The notes under the pieces were generated by a model, which made no database searches, had not been told where the DNA came from, and was given only the letters and a program-made list of their open reading frames with translations. The position numbers and the translations under genes were made by a program. Shown in pieces: positions 14,021 to 25,330 of a stretch of DNA of 64,000 bases. The DNA comes from Callorhinchus milii. Lineage: Eukaryota. Numbering within the stretch: the stretch's first letter is position 1; every line of letters starts with the position of its first letter. The stretch is taken from the NCBI RefSeq assembly GCF_018977255.1, contig NW_024704743.1:19656001-19720000 (forward strand), read 5' to 3'.

Positions 14021-15491
14021 GGAAAAATTTAAAACATGCACATTTGGTTTGTTTAAGTCCAACCTAAAGAATCACTGGCAAAATCCTGAACTCAGTTTGA
14101 TTGCAAATCCTTTGTCAGGCTATTCCAACTGAACCTGTTGACTCAGTCATCTTCAGAATCATTGAGATGGCATCAGATGAGTCTGTATCTGCTTGCCTAG
14201 TTGGAAACACCCTACTTATTTGGACTTTGGCTTTCAGCGTTAACAGGAGCAGAGTGGAAAGAATCCCTGTTCCCAGTCTGTCTTTCAATGCCTGCCAACA
14301 AGCCAGGCTGGCTGTGCGGTCATCTGGCTCAGTAACCAGGCTATGGAGAATGCTACAGAGAGTTGACTTTATTCTGACATTCCATTGCCAAGCAAGTCAC
14401 CTTGGAGCAGCTCAGCTCCAAGGAGACCCCTGCATACCGCCTCTCCAAGGAGGACAGCCATTAAAATATCAGTTAAGGGTATAGGGGAATAGTAGAGAAA
14501 GTGTCAGGATAGCAACAGCACACGAACAATGGGATAAATTGCCGTCTTGGGTGCTATCAACCTTCTATGATTTCCATTTGTCACTTACAGCACAGTTACA
14601 GGCTCTCGGCCAATTTGTATTTAATGCAAAATGATAATATATCCTTCCAAGAGTTTATGTTGATAAAATAAGATTGATGTTACTAACATACCACTGGATG
14701 AATAAATATTCGAGCTTATAGAATCATAATATATGTTCCTAAATGGTGGTGTCTACGATTTAGCTTCATAAAAGAACGGAATAATAATGCAAGAGAAAAT
14801 GAATAGAACAGAAGGCCATTTGAAAACTGAAGGTCATTGCTGATGCCTTCGTTGCATATACATATGTATGCATGGTAATGTACAATACAATTTGCATTTG
14901 AATGTTTTTGACTTCAGGTTTAGACTCATAAGCTTATCTACATTTAGAGCTGTGGCTGTGTTCAAATTACCTTTCTAAATAACATATTGAAATGGAAGTG
15001 ATCTAATATCCTGAATACAGTCCAACCATTTTAGAGGTGTCGATTGTGAAGCCTGGTTGGTGTAATAAGAATAATAATAAGAATAATCTTTACATTTGAT
15101 ATGGCACCTTTCACATACTGCGAAGTGTTGTGACTGTGTACTTTGTAGGTGAAAGCTGCACCCAATTTGCACACAAGTACCCATGAAGCAAATGATCAAT
15201 TTTATTTGGGGAATTGTTGGCCAATTTCGCTGGGAGAACCTCTTCCCTTTTCAAATTGTGCCATGGGATCATAACATATAACATCTGCCTGAACAGACTG
15301 AATCTCCCTGTTCGTCACTCTTCAAATCAGGCAGCAAAAAAATGTTTAATTTCAGTGCTCTTTGCGCACACACACACACAATCACCTTGGCACATTTATA
15401 TAGCAATTTTGCTGGAAAATTGTTGCCAGAATTGTGGAGCTTCATTACCGAAGGTGCATTATGAATGCAGCAGAACATGTATTTCCATTTG

Positions 15492-15804
15492 ATAATAATA
15501 ATAATAATAATCCTTGCACTTGATATAGCACTTTTCAAGTCTTCTAGATGGCTCAAAGTATTTCATAGAATATATGTAAAGTGAATTGACTGTATATTTT
15601 GTAGGCAAAAAGCAGCAGTCAATTGAGCATTGCAGTGACCCACAAACAGTCGTGGATTGAGTGACCAAATTACTATTTTTTTGAGGGAATATTATAAGGT
15701 GTGTGGAGTAAGGAAACTTGCCCAAGGTTTCACCCTGCCAGGAATTGAACCCAGGTCTCTCGCTTGCGAGGCGAGTGCTCTAACCAATGAGTTACAGGAC
15801 TCCA
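15492..15804 (-). mobile_element. tRNA-SINE, short subfamily
   Basis: Reverse complement of the same head; (TAA)n tail. Confidence 0.88.
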
Positions 15805-16467
15805 TGGAAAATGCACAGATGTTATCCACGTTACAGAGAAATATAAGTGTAAATTTACCCATTATAATCTAGCAGTGGATTTTGTTTCAGCATTTCTGGA
15901 GGTAAATTCCCAAACTCAATTCCTTTAAAATAGTTTCAGCGCTAAATGTTCTACCAGTTCTGCATTCTTTACTGCTGTCTGCCAATGGACAATCTGTGCA
16001 CCAGTTGGGTAAGGGACAGCTAGTTTAAGACTGCTTTTTAAATGGGAAGTACGTAACGCTGGCTGCAGCTCAGACACATCCAGGCCAGGATTAGAATCCA
16101 TTGCCATGTACCAGCAAGCTACTCCAAAATCAGTGGCAGGGATAAGAGCAGCTCTTGCATGCCTACGTCTCTGCCCAAAGTATGACCAAGCAGCAACGAT
16201 GAACATTTCTAATACTGCTCTGTAGCTGACCCCTGGGTTCTATTACGAATATTACTGAGGGGCAGGCGGGGGCTTGTGAAACTAACATTTATTTTAAAGC
16301 TTCCCCCTTTCCTGTTTTTTTTTCTTCTTTTCCTCTCCTTAAGAAGCTAGCTCTTGCTGGTCACAATCATTGGTCATATGCCATTATTTTGCCCAAATGG
16401 CTTTTCTTGATGTGTCAGTGTCACCAAGGTAATCAACCACATTTTTTTTAGATCAATCTAAAACATG

Positions 16468-17038
16468 GGGAAACTCATCACCAAGAATCTGAGTATCCAA
16501 ACCTGACTGAGAGCCCATATGTGTATGCCACCCACACATGGAGACTTCCCTGTGACTGGAATGCAGTGCTCAGTTCCTCTCTGGAGGGATGTGCTCTGTT
16601 TATCTAATCCCAAAGAGTAAAAAAGTGCAGATTGTGAAGAGCCAAGGCTTGGGGATCCCAGAGTGTGCATTGGGGCACTGCATGAGTTTAACCAGTTAAA
16701 ACCAAATATCTTGTCATTTCGAGCACAGTCTGGCAAACGTGCCCACTGTTTGTCCAGCTAGGACTACCCTACCCATGTGGGCTTTGCCTTGCATGGTTAA
16801 AAGGAGCTTAATGGGAAGAATCCCTGCAGCCAGTGACTGGTCTGGCCCTTAAAATACTGCCAATGAGCCAAGTCAGGTTGGTTATAGCAATGTCCTGGAG
16901 GGCTGCCAACCATCCTGACTCAAGAAACAGACTACCACGCCTGCCAAGGGGATTAACTTCCATTCCATTGCCAAGCATGTCACCTTGGAGCCATCTCAGC
17001 ACTAAGGAGATCCCGTTCCTCCCCAAGGAGGATAGTCA
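16468..17038 (-). repeat. Unclassified structured interspersed repeat (about 650-700 nt), most complete copy
   Basis: Collinear homology with copies at about 451-762, 8116-8435, 10955-11175, 12833-13175, 14222-14460, 19998-20335, 35778-36160, 41092-41392, 48152-48268 (same orientation) and 27672-27970, 59808-60052 (opposite). Strand inferred from an A-rich end. Confidence 0.88.
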
Positions 17039-17790
17039 CTTGCTATCTAGAACAGTAATGGCTTAAAACATAAAATGCGAATGGGGCCCTAACCATTTAA
17101 GAAAGAAAGAAAATAATGGGTACGTAACAAATTGTTTAGAAAATATATATTTTGAAAAATTCTAACAAAGGCAGGGAAACAAAATTTAAACATAAATGAA
17201 AAGCTTACCTGTTTCTGGGGTAAACTTCCACCTGGGTCTGGATTTATTCTATTAAGCTTGAATTTTAGAACATCCAGAATTTGGTAAATAGTCCCAAAAA
17301 GAACAAATAGACCCAAGTGAAATTTCTACCATAGAATATCTCTTGGTCATCTTTACTCCCACTCTCCCCCACCCTCCTCAACTCCCCCCTCCCCACCCAC
17401 CACAGTTTGCCTCCCCACTTCAGCTTGGGTGCCAGGTTATCTGTGTGAAGTGCATTGAGATGTCTTCCCGCTGTGAAAGGCAGGCACCATTTAAATATAG
17501 ATTGTAAATGTAAATCAGTTCCTTACTGTGTACAGTTTGGACAGAAAAATTCTTAAATCACATTCATTTTTAATCCAGCGCTGAATTGATGCGTTTGAAA
17601 ACATAGAAATATTAGTGTTGCATTAAAATGAATTTGCCTGCTGTTGCTGTCTGCATCTTTCATACAATATACTGCATTGGGTCTGCTTGTTTGAAAAGTA
17701 CCTGAAAATTCAAAATGACAGGAGGATGGAAAAGGTGATGTGTTATTAAATCACTAAAAATTGAGGTCAAACCAGACTGTACTTATCGAC

Positions 17791-17973
17791 CACAAAAACA
17801 GAAGTCGCTGGGAACACTCAGCAAGTCAGGCAGCATCTATGGAGAAAGGACAGTGAGCCAACGTTTTGGGACCACAACCCTTCTCCATAGATGCTGCCTG
17901 ACGCTGAGTGTTCCCAGCAACTTCTTGTTTTGTTTCAGATTTCCAGCATCTGCAGTATTTTGTGTTTCGTTTA
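17791..17973. mobile_element. Palindromic non-autonomous Penelope-like element with 11-bp flanking direct repeat
   Basis: About 55-bp inverted arms (GCTGGGAACACTCAGC..GTCAGGCAGCATCTATGGAGAA / TTCTCCATAGATGCTGCCTGACGCTGAGTGTTCCCAGC); TACTTATCGAC at 17780-17790 and 17974-17984. Family assignment is from recalled chondrichthyan repeats. Confidence 0.8.
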
Positions 17974-17995
17974 TACTTATCGACTATCTGAGTTG

Positions 17996-18360
17996 GTGAA
18001 GGGAGTTGTGTAGTGGTTAGGGCGCTCGCCTCGCAAGCGAGAGGATCCAAGGTTCGATTTCCGGCAGGTGCAAAACCTGAGGCAAGTTTCTTTACTCCAC
18101 ACGTCTCTTTTTACCTAGCAGTAAGTAGGAACCCGCTTGTTAGGCGATTGGCGGATTGCTTTCCGGGGGTAATAATCTCTCCAAAAAAATAAATTGGTCA
18201 CTCATTCCATGATTGTTTGAGGGACACTGCTGTGCATAATTGGTTGCCGTGTTTCGCCCACAAATACAATCAAATCTACTTTACAATATATTTTGTGAAG
18301 CTCATTGAAACATCTCACTGACATGATAAGGCACTGTAACAAATGCAAGGATTATTATTT
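17996..18360 (+). mobile_element. tRNA-SINE, long subfamily
   Basis: tRNA head, TTACCTAGCAGTAAGTAGGAACCC block, tail AAATGCAAGGATTATTATT. Confidence 0.88.
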
Positions 18361-19637
18361 TATACTTATGAACTCCTCAATTATCCCCAACCCTATTTCT
18401 GAGAAGCTGGGAACACCATTGAACTTCCACATTGTAGCATTGGGTTTACATGATATTGGCTTTACTCTGCTTCTTTTTCAGGTAACACAATAACTCAGTA
18501 ACTGTTAGTGCTTTTCAGAATTATAGTGTCACAATTGTTTCTCTTCAATAATATAATGTGATATACCACCTTTCCAACAGGCCGTCTTAAAGCGCTTCAG
18601 AGGATACACTGTAAAGTATAGTGACTGTGCATTTGGTAGACAAACACGGCAGCCAATTTACATACAACAATGTCCCACAAACAGCCATGAGGTGAATGTC
18701 CAACTTATATCTGGGAGATTGTTAGCCAGGACACCGGGAGAAACTCCCTTCCCTTTTCAAATAGGGTGCCTGGAATCCAAATTTATTTGTGCTAAGATTT
18801 CATTGCCATACACCAGGGAAGCAAAGGTTAGACAGGCTTCTACATGGTCCACACTGGCGTAGATATTGGGAAGGACGTTGAGGTTGAAAGTGAGCTGTCA
18901 GCAAATCCGGAGACCAGTTGATGTGTTAAAGACCATTAGGCTGCTCAATTTAATTCTGGTGTTAATTATCACAATTTGCATCCCTTGGTTTCTAAACATG
19001 CAAATTGAAGCTTTAAAAATGAATGAATTGTTGTCATTCAAAAGTGGGAAGAGCATACTCCTTCATTAAAATTACAAAACGGTATCCCATAAAATAATCA
19101 CACACAACTGGAGACTTGCAATAGCAAGATCTGCTAATTCCATTGCCTTTGCAGATGGAACAAATTCCAGCCTCAGGCAAGAGAAACTGTAAAAGCAGAC
19201 AAGTGTTGTTCATCGTAACCTCAGGTAGATTAATCTGATCGTCCAATATAAATCGGAGAAGATAAGGGGGCTTTGCAATGTCATCAACAGGCAGCAGAAA
19301 ATGCCTTGGGCAATTTAATGGAGAAACATATCAAACAAAGAAATCACTGCTGGTTAGATATGAGAGGAATTACAACATTTATAGGCAGATATATTTGCAT
19401 AGGTTTTCAAGATTATTGTAGAGAGAATATTATGCACAAGCTTTGCTGGTTTCTCTATTATTGAAAGAGAATTAATACATATAACTAAATTGAACGTTAT
19501 AATCAAGAAACATGCCATTCATTCCGTACTACTGTTTATATGACCCTCCACCACGCCTGCTGTAGGGATTACATACAATGTGTGCAATGGAGATAATGCT
19601 GGAACTTCACCAGCTCAAAGTGCACAGTTTACCATTT

Positions 19638-19992
19638 TGAAGTCCTAAAGCATAGTGGTTAGTATGCTCACCTCGCAAGTGAGAAAACATAAGGTTCAAT
19701 CCTGGGCAGGGCAAATTTCCTTACTCCACACACCTCTGTTTACCTAGCAGTAAGTAGAAACCCAGATGTTTGTCGATTGGAGGATTGCTTTTCCGAGAGT
19801 AATAATCACTTAGAGAAAAAAAAATTGGTCACACTATTCACAACTGTTTGTAGAACACTGCTGTGTGCAATTGGCTGCCTTGTCTCATCAACAAAATACA
19901 CAGTCAATCTACCCTTTACATATATTCTGTGAAGCACTTTGAGACGTTTCAATGACATGATAAGGTGCTATATCAAATGCAAGGATTATTAT
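19638..19992 (+). mobile_element. tRNA-SINE, long subfamily
   Basis: Same organisation as 17996-18360. Confidence 0.87.
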
Positions 19993-20385
19993 TAATTTTC
20001 AGATGTTAGTAAGCTTCAACTATTTGTCTAGCTAGGAATATCCTATATGTTAGGGTGTTGACAGACAGGATTATCAGCGGTCTAAGTATAAAAAAAATCC
20101 CAACTCTTACTGATATATTTGTCTCTCCAAGTCACAATGAAGAGCCAGGCTGGTGGGTCACTATATCATCATTATCAATCATCATCACCTGAAGGACTGT
20201 GGACCTGCCTGGCTTAGGTATTGGATCACTCAGTCCACCATAGAAAATTGACTCAGATCTTCTTCCCCTTCACAAGGCATTTTACCATGGAGCCAGCTCA
20301 ACCCAGAGAAGCATCACTTACTCTCCCCACCCCACCCCCGGCTCCATTTATAATAATAATATCCCTTATCCCTAATAATATCCCT

Positions 20386-20692
20386 TGTGAAGTCCTGTAG
20401 CTCAGTGGTTAGAGCACTCACCTTGCAAGCGAGACACCTGGGTTCAATTCCAGGCAGGGCGAAACCTTGGGCAAATTTCCTTACTCCACACACCTAATAA
20501 TCCCTCCAAACCAATAATGAATTGGTCATTTTCAATCCACAACTGTTTGTGGGACACTGCTGTGCCCAATTGGCTGCCGTGTTTCGCCCACAAATATACG
20601 GTCAATTCACTTTACAGTCTATTCTGTGAAGCGCTTTGAGACGTCGAGAAGACGTAAAAAGCGCTAAATCAAATGCAAAGATTATTATTATT
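20386..20692 (+). mobile_element. tRNA-SINE, short subfamily
   Basis: GTGAAGTCCTGTAGCTCAGTGGTTAGAGC head; (TTA)n tail. Confidence 0.9.
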
Positions 20693-20822
20693 ACATTTGT
20701 TAAAGCATTTTTCACATTGAGCGGATGTCCCTAAGCATGTTTATAGTCTTTATAGACTATAAAGGGCAGTGACTGCTGTATGGGTAATGCAGCAGCCAAT
20801 TGGCATACAGCAACTTTCACAA

Positions 20823-21185
20823 ACAACAACAACAACAAAATTACATTTATAGAGCACCTTTCACGTCGGGAGGACATCAAAAGGCACTGGAGTCAGGGGT
20901 CAGGTCCCGAGCATGGGGGAGGGGTGGGGTAGGGGTGAGGGAAGGCAGAGAGGTGGGAGGGCAACTGAAGGCACGATCGAAGAGGAGGGTCTTGAGTCCG
21001 GCCTTGAAGGAGGCAAGGGAGGAAGCGAGGTGAAGGGACTGTGGGATGGAGTTCCAGAGTGTGAGGGCAGAGAGGCTGAAAGCCTGGCCACCAATGGTAG
21101 GGTGGGTCGGGAGGGGGCCATGGAGCAGCCTGGAGCCCGCTGAACGGAGCAAGCGGGCAGGTTGGTAGGGAGTCAGTGGGTCAGA
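20823..21185 (-). mobile_element. L2 LINE 3' fragment inserted in a Deu SINE
   Basis: (CAA)n tail at 20823-20840; ORF 20877..21392(-) contains GGQAFSLSALTLWNSIPQSLHLASSLASFKAGLKTLLF, typical of the L2 ORF2 C-terminus. Confidence 0.9.
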
Positions 21186-24100
21186 GACTGCCATGAAGGA
21201 ATTGAGGAATTGTTGGCCACACCACTGGGACAAACTCCATTCCCTTTTGGAATAGTGCCATTGAGGGGGCCTCTGTTTAACATCACTTCCAAAGGATGGC
21301 ATTTCCAACAATTCAGCACACCCCTGGTACTGTACTGGAGTGTCAGCATAAACTGTGAGTTCAGAGTCCGAAACCACAAACTTTTGACTCAAGAGACGAG
21401 TTTGCCATCAGCATTTCCTCCCAGGAAGGTAATAACAAATTGCACATCAGATTCTCATACAAATAACTGAGAAAATGTATTCTCCACTTTAATCTCTGAA
21501 ACTCCTGTTACATTTTATTCTTGTGCAGCTCAAGAACACAGAGCTGCTTACAGTAACTAAATATATTCTGAGATTACTCCAGAATGTTTTCCTGTCTACC
21601 TCCAAGGTGAAACAAGTTTGCATTTCCATTATTAAAATTAACAGCCAGGAAAGAAAGGATTTGTCTTTTGCCATCACTAAATGAAACTGCAAGCACACCG
21701 AACAGTCCATCCCATGGGGCCTGCCAAACCCTTTAATTTAACTTTTACTAAATAGCTTATATCTGAAATTATTGTTTAACGTATCGCCACAATGCAACAC
21801 TGTAGTAGTGGAGGAATTGAGGGTAATAGATAGGAACAGTAAATGAGTTACATGACTGCTATTGTGATATTACCATAGTGCAAGGTAATTACTCTCCGAG
21901 TAACTGGACTGGAACATTTTAATATTGCTGCCTGTTTTGTCCCTCATTCTTTCAATAAGTATTTTCTGTAAAATATTATGGAAAGAGGAATATGGGGTAT
22001 TGCAATCATTGCTTCTGTCTATCTCTCAGTCACAAAATGAAAACACTTCATTGGATTTCTATGCAGCTTGATACACAAGGAGAGGAGAGTTCAGCACTGG
22101 GCTCGTGCTGGTGATGACGTCATTATTTAGTGCAGTGATATTTCTTTCTTCCTCTTGTCAATGCACTTTACAGTGTATCCTGAGAAGTGCTTTGGGACGT
22201 CCTCCTGACATAAAAGGATGACAGCTATTATCATTATTATTGTCCCCCTGGAGGCAGTGACTTGTCCTGGCATCCCTCCCACACTTCATCCAGTTACCTT
22301 TATTTATGATTAAGCCTAGATAATAAGTATCTGCAGTTTCTTCAGTCCTGTGCCTCTGTCTCACTCTGGAATAATAATAATAATAATCCTTGCTTTTGAT
22401 ATAGCACCTTGTCACCTTATCACGTCTTTGAGAATCATCTCAAACCAGAAAAATATTGCTTAACCCCACCCCACTCCTCCCCCAGAAGATCAAGCTTTCA
22501 CCAAAAAATTACAAAGTCAGAATGCTTTAAAGTAATCCCTCTGAAGTGCTTCGAGCCTGACATTCTTATGACTCCCAAACTACCTTTCAGACATAAAAAT
22601 GGGGTTTAATCAAAGCAACAGTATTGTGCCTATGCTGGTGCTGGTTTCTTCATTGGAGCCAGTATTTCTTAATAGGCTACCTCAAGGTTATGTTGGGGTC
22701 CTGTCCTCTGGATGAGACGTTAAACCGAGATCCCATCTGCATGTACAAACCCCAGAACAGGATTTTGGATCCGTGTAGTCTAGCTATGTAAGTTCAGGCA
22801 GATTTTAAAGATCCCATTCAAAGAGAGAAGAGTTTCTCCTTGTGTCCTGGTCAACATTCCCTCAGATAAAATTGGTCATTCACACCATGACTGTATGCTT
22901 GATACTACTGTGTGCAAACTCTACCACAATCACCTATAAAATACAGTCACTAAACTTCACAGAAAATCATGTGAAGTCCTTCGAGATTTCCATCCCCGCA
23001 TGGAAGCTGCTGCATTAAATTCAAAATGCAGCTATGAGTTTAATGCATTCAAGAATGCCTATAGTTTGCCGTTGTGCTCTGTGTGCCTTTCATCCTCGTA
23101 TTGTGGCTCATCTTGGCCAATGCCTAAGAGACAGCAGACTGTGCACAGAGGTGATTCAATTCAGTCTGCGACAAAGTGCAGTGATTTGTGTAGTTCCTCC
23201 CGACGTGAAAGGCGCTCTATAAATGGAATCTTGTTGTTGTTGTTTTGTTGTCGCCATTTATCTGGTACAGCTCTGCAACACTATAGCAAAGCGAACTGTT
23301 GTGATCAATCAATTTTTTTTGATGTGGTGGTGCGAAAGTCTTTCAGATAGACATTTTCCAGAATTTTACTCCAGAAATCCTTGCTTCAGGAAGTAAATGT
23401 AAGAGGCCACAGGTTTGTAAAAAATAAGATCAAACTATTTTCGGTTAGGATTTATGTTTTTTTACTCCACTAAACTTTTTACACCTGTCACTTCAGAAAA
23501 ACACCTTTAACCTCAGTGCTCATCCTTCTCATGTAATATGGAAAAGAGGTCCACCTGCTTATAATGCCCATGTTGCTAGCAGCGCAGCATGTTTTGCTGC
23601 AACACATATGGTATTAATGAGTGTATTTTTCTAGAGTTTCAGTGAAATATAACAATTTAGTACTGTTAGTTCACTTACTGTGCTTTCTGTTGCATATTTG
23701 TTTCTAACCTTTTACCCCTCCTGTGTCACATTTCTATTCCATAGCGCTTTGCAAGTCCATAAAGGCAACCCTACTAAAGATGTGCAAACCTTGATATAAA
23801 CAAGTTTGTTGTAATGTGTGCTGTGTGTATGTTGTTATCAAGCGGGTGTTTATCTCTAGGGTTGATGGGCGTACATACTGATGTTTTTGGCTAGTGAAAT
23901 GCAATTAGCACTCACAAATACTAATACCCCCTTGGCTAGTGAGTAACATCAATTTAAACATCCAAATGTCTGCCAAATAAATATTCTATGTTGTGAAGCC
24001 CATTTTTATTCAGCAGCTTCTAGGCAGAGCCCGATAGCAGCAGCTGTAATGATGCTAGTTTGGTAAATGCCTGTTTTTTAAGTTCTATAATATTGACATT

Positions 24101-24369
24101 TAAAATTAAATCCTATAATAGCACCTAATTTGTGAGATTTGCAAAAGGAATTGTAACTAGCGAATCTTGCAGATAACAGAATGTTCCTGAGGCTGATCCA
24201 CTCAGCTCTGCTCAGAGATCAGTTGACGGGCATGTCCTCTGAATGCTTCAGGCATACGCTTTGGTGGCAATCCAAAGCACAAATGCAGTGTTCATCTACA
24301 AATATGCAGTAATCTTACAGTAAAATCCTGTGAAGTACTTTGAAGTGGTGTGTTATCTCTCACACTGTC

Positions 24370-25330
24370 TCCAATTTGTCTCGGCCAACGATTTCTCATC
24401 CAGCCCATGCACAGTCTTAGTTCCTCAGGGCTCTGTCCTCAGTCAACCTCTACATGCTCCTCTTCAACCTCTACATGTTCCCCCTTGGTGACATGGGGTC
24501 AACTTCCACATGTACGCGGATGTCACCCAATTCTATCTCTCTGCCTCCATCCTCGATTCCAGGACAACTGACATCCTGACAGACTGTCTGTCTGACATCA
24601 AGTACTGGATGAGAGCCAACTTTCTACAGCTGAATGTCAGCAAGACTGAGGCCCTCCCGATTGGCTCGCGCCAGCGCCTCAACACCTCAGGCTCCGGCAG
24701 CATCAGCATCCACGGTTACACACTCCACCTCACCAAGCCAGTCAGGAACCTGGGTATCTTGTTCGACCCTCAAGTGTCCTTTTTTCTCCATATCCATGCC
24801 ATGACCCTCTCTACCTTCCCCACCTCCGTAACATTGCCCAACTGCGCCACTGCCTCACCCCTCAGGCCACCAAAACCCTCATACACGCATTCGCCACCTC
24901 AAGGCTCGACTCCAGAAACTCATTCCTTGTCGGCCTCCCTACCCTCCACAAGATGCAGAGCATCCAGAACTCTGCAGCTCGTGTCCTCTCCCACTCATAC
25001 TCTGGGATCCCATCAACCCCACCCTCGCCCGGCTCCACTGGCTCCCCATCCCTCAGACGATAGAATTTAAAATCCTCGTTCTCACCTTCAAGGCCCTCCA
25101 CGGCCTTGCCCCCTCTTACCTCTCTGACCTGCTAACCCCCTATCAACCTGTCCGCTCCCTCCGTTAAGCAGGCTCAGGCCTGCTCCAGGTCTCCCACAGG
25201 ACTCGCCCTCCCACTGGCAGCCGGGCTTTCAGCCTCTCTGTCCTCACACTCGTTTTCAAACCCCTTCGTGTCCTGGCACCTCCCTAACTCTCCGACCTGC
25301 TTACCCCAACCCGCTGCCTCTGCTGGACTG
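24370..25330 (+). mobile_element. L2-clade LINE, 5'-truncated, with degenerate reverse transcriptase ORF2
   Basis: GTTCCTCAGGGCTCTGTCCTC (VPQGSVL), ORF 24510: MYADVTQFYLS...CLSDIKYWMRANFLQLNVSKTEA...VRNLGILFD (YADD-like motif), later LHWLP-type region; frameshifted. Confidence 0.93.

Noticed and set aside
19155..19224. 70-nt AG/GT-bounded segment with the same phases as the 61-nt PSI exon (possible mutually exclusive exon)
   Set aside because: In-frame TAA, no similarity to the PSI exon, and a weak donor (gtagat).
24510..25070. 186-aa ORF as an intact reverse transcriptase gene
   Set aside because: 5'-truncated, frameshifted L2 remnant; YADD is altered to YADV.
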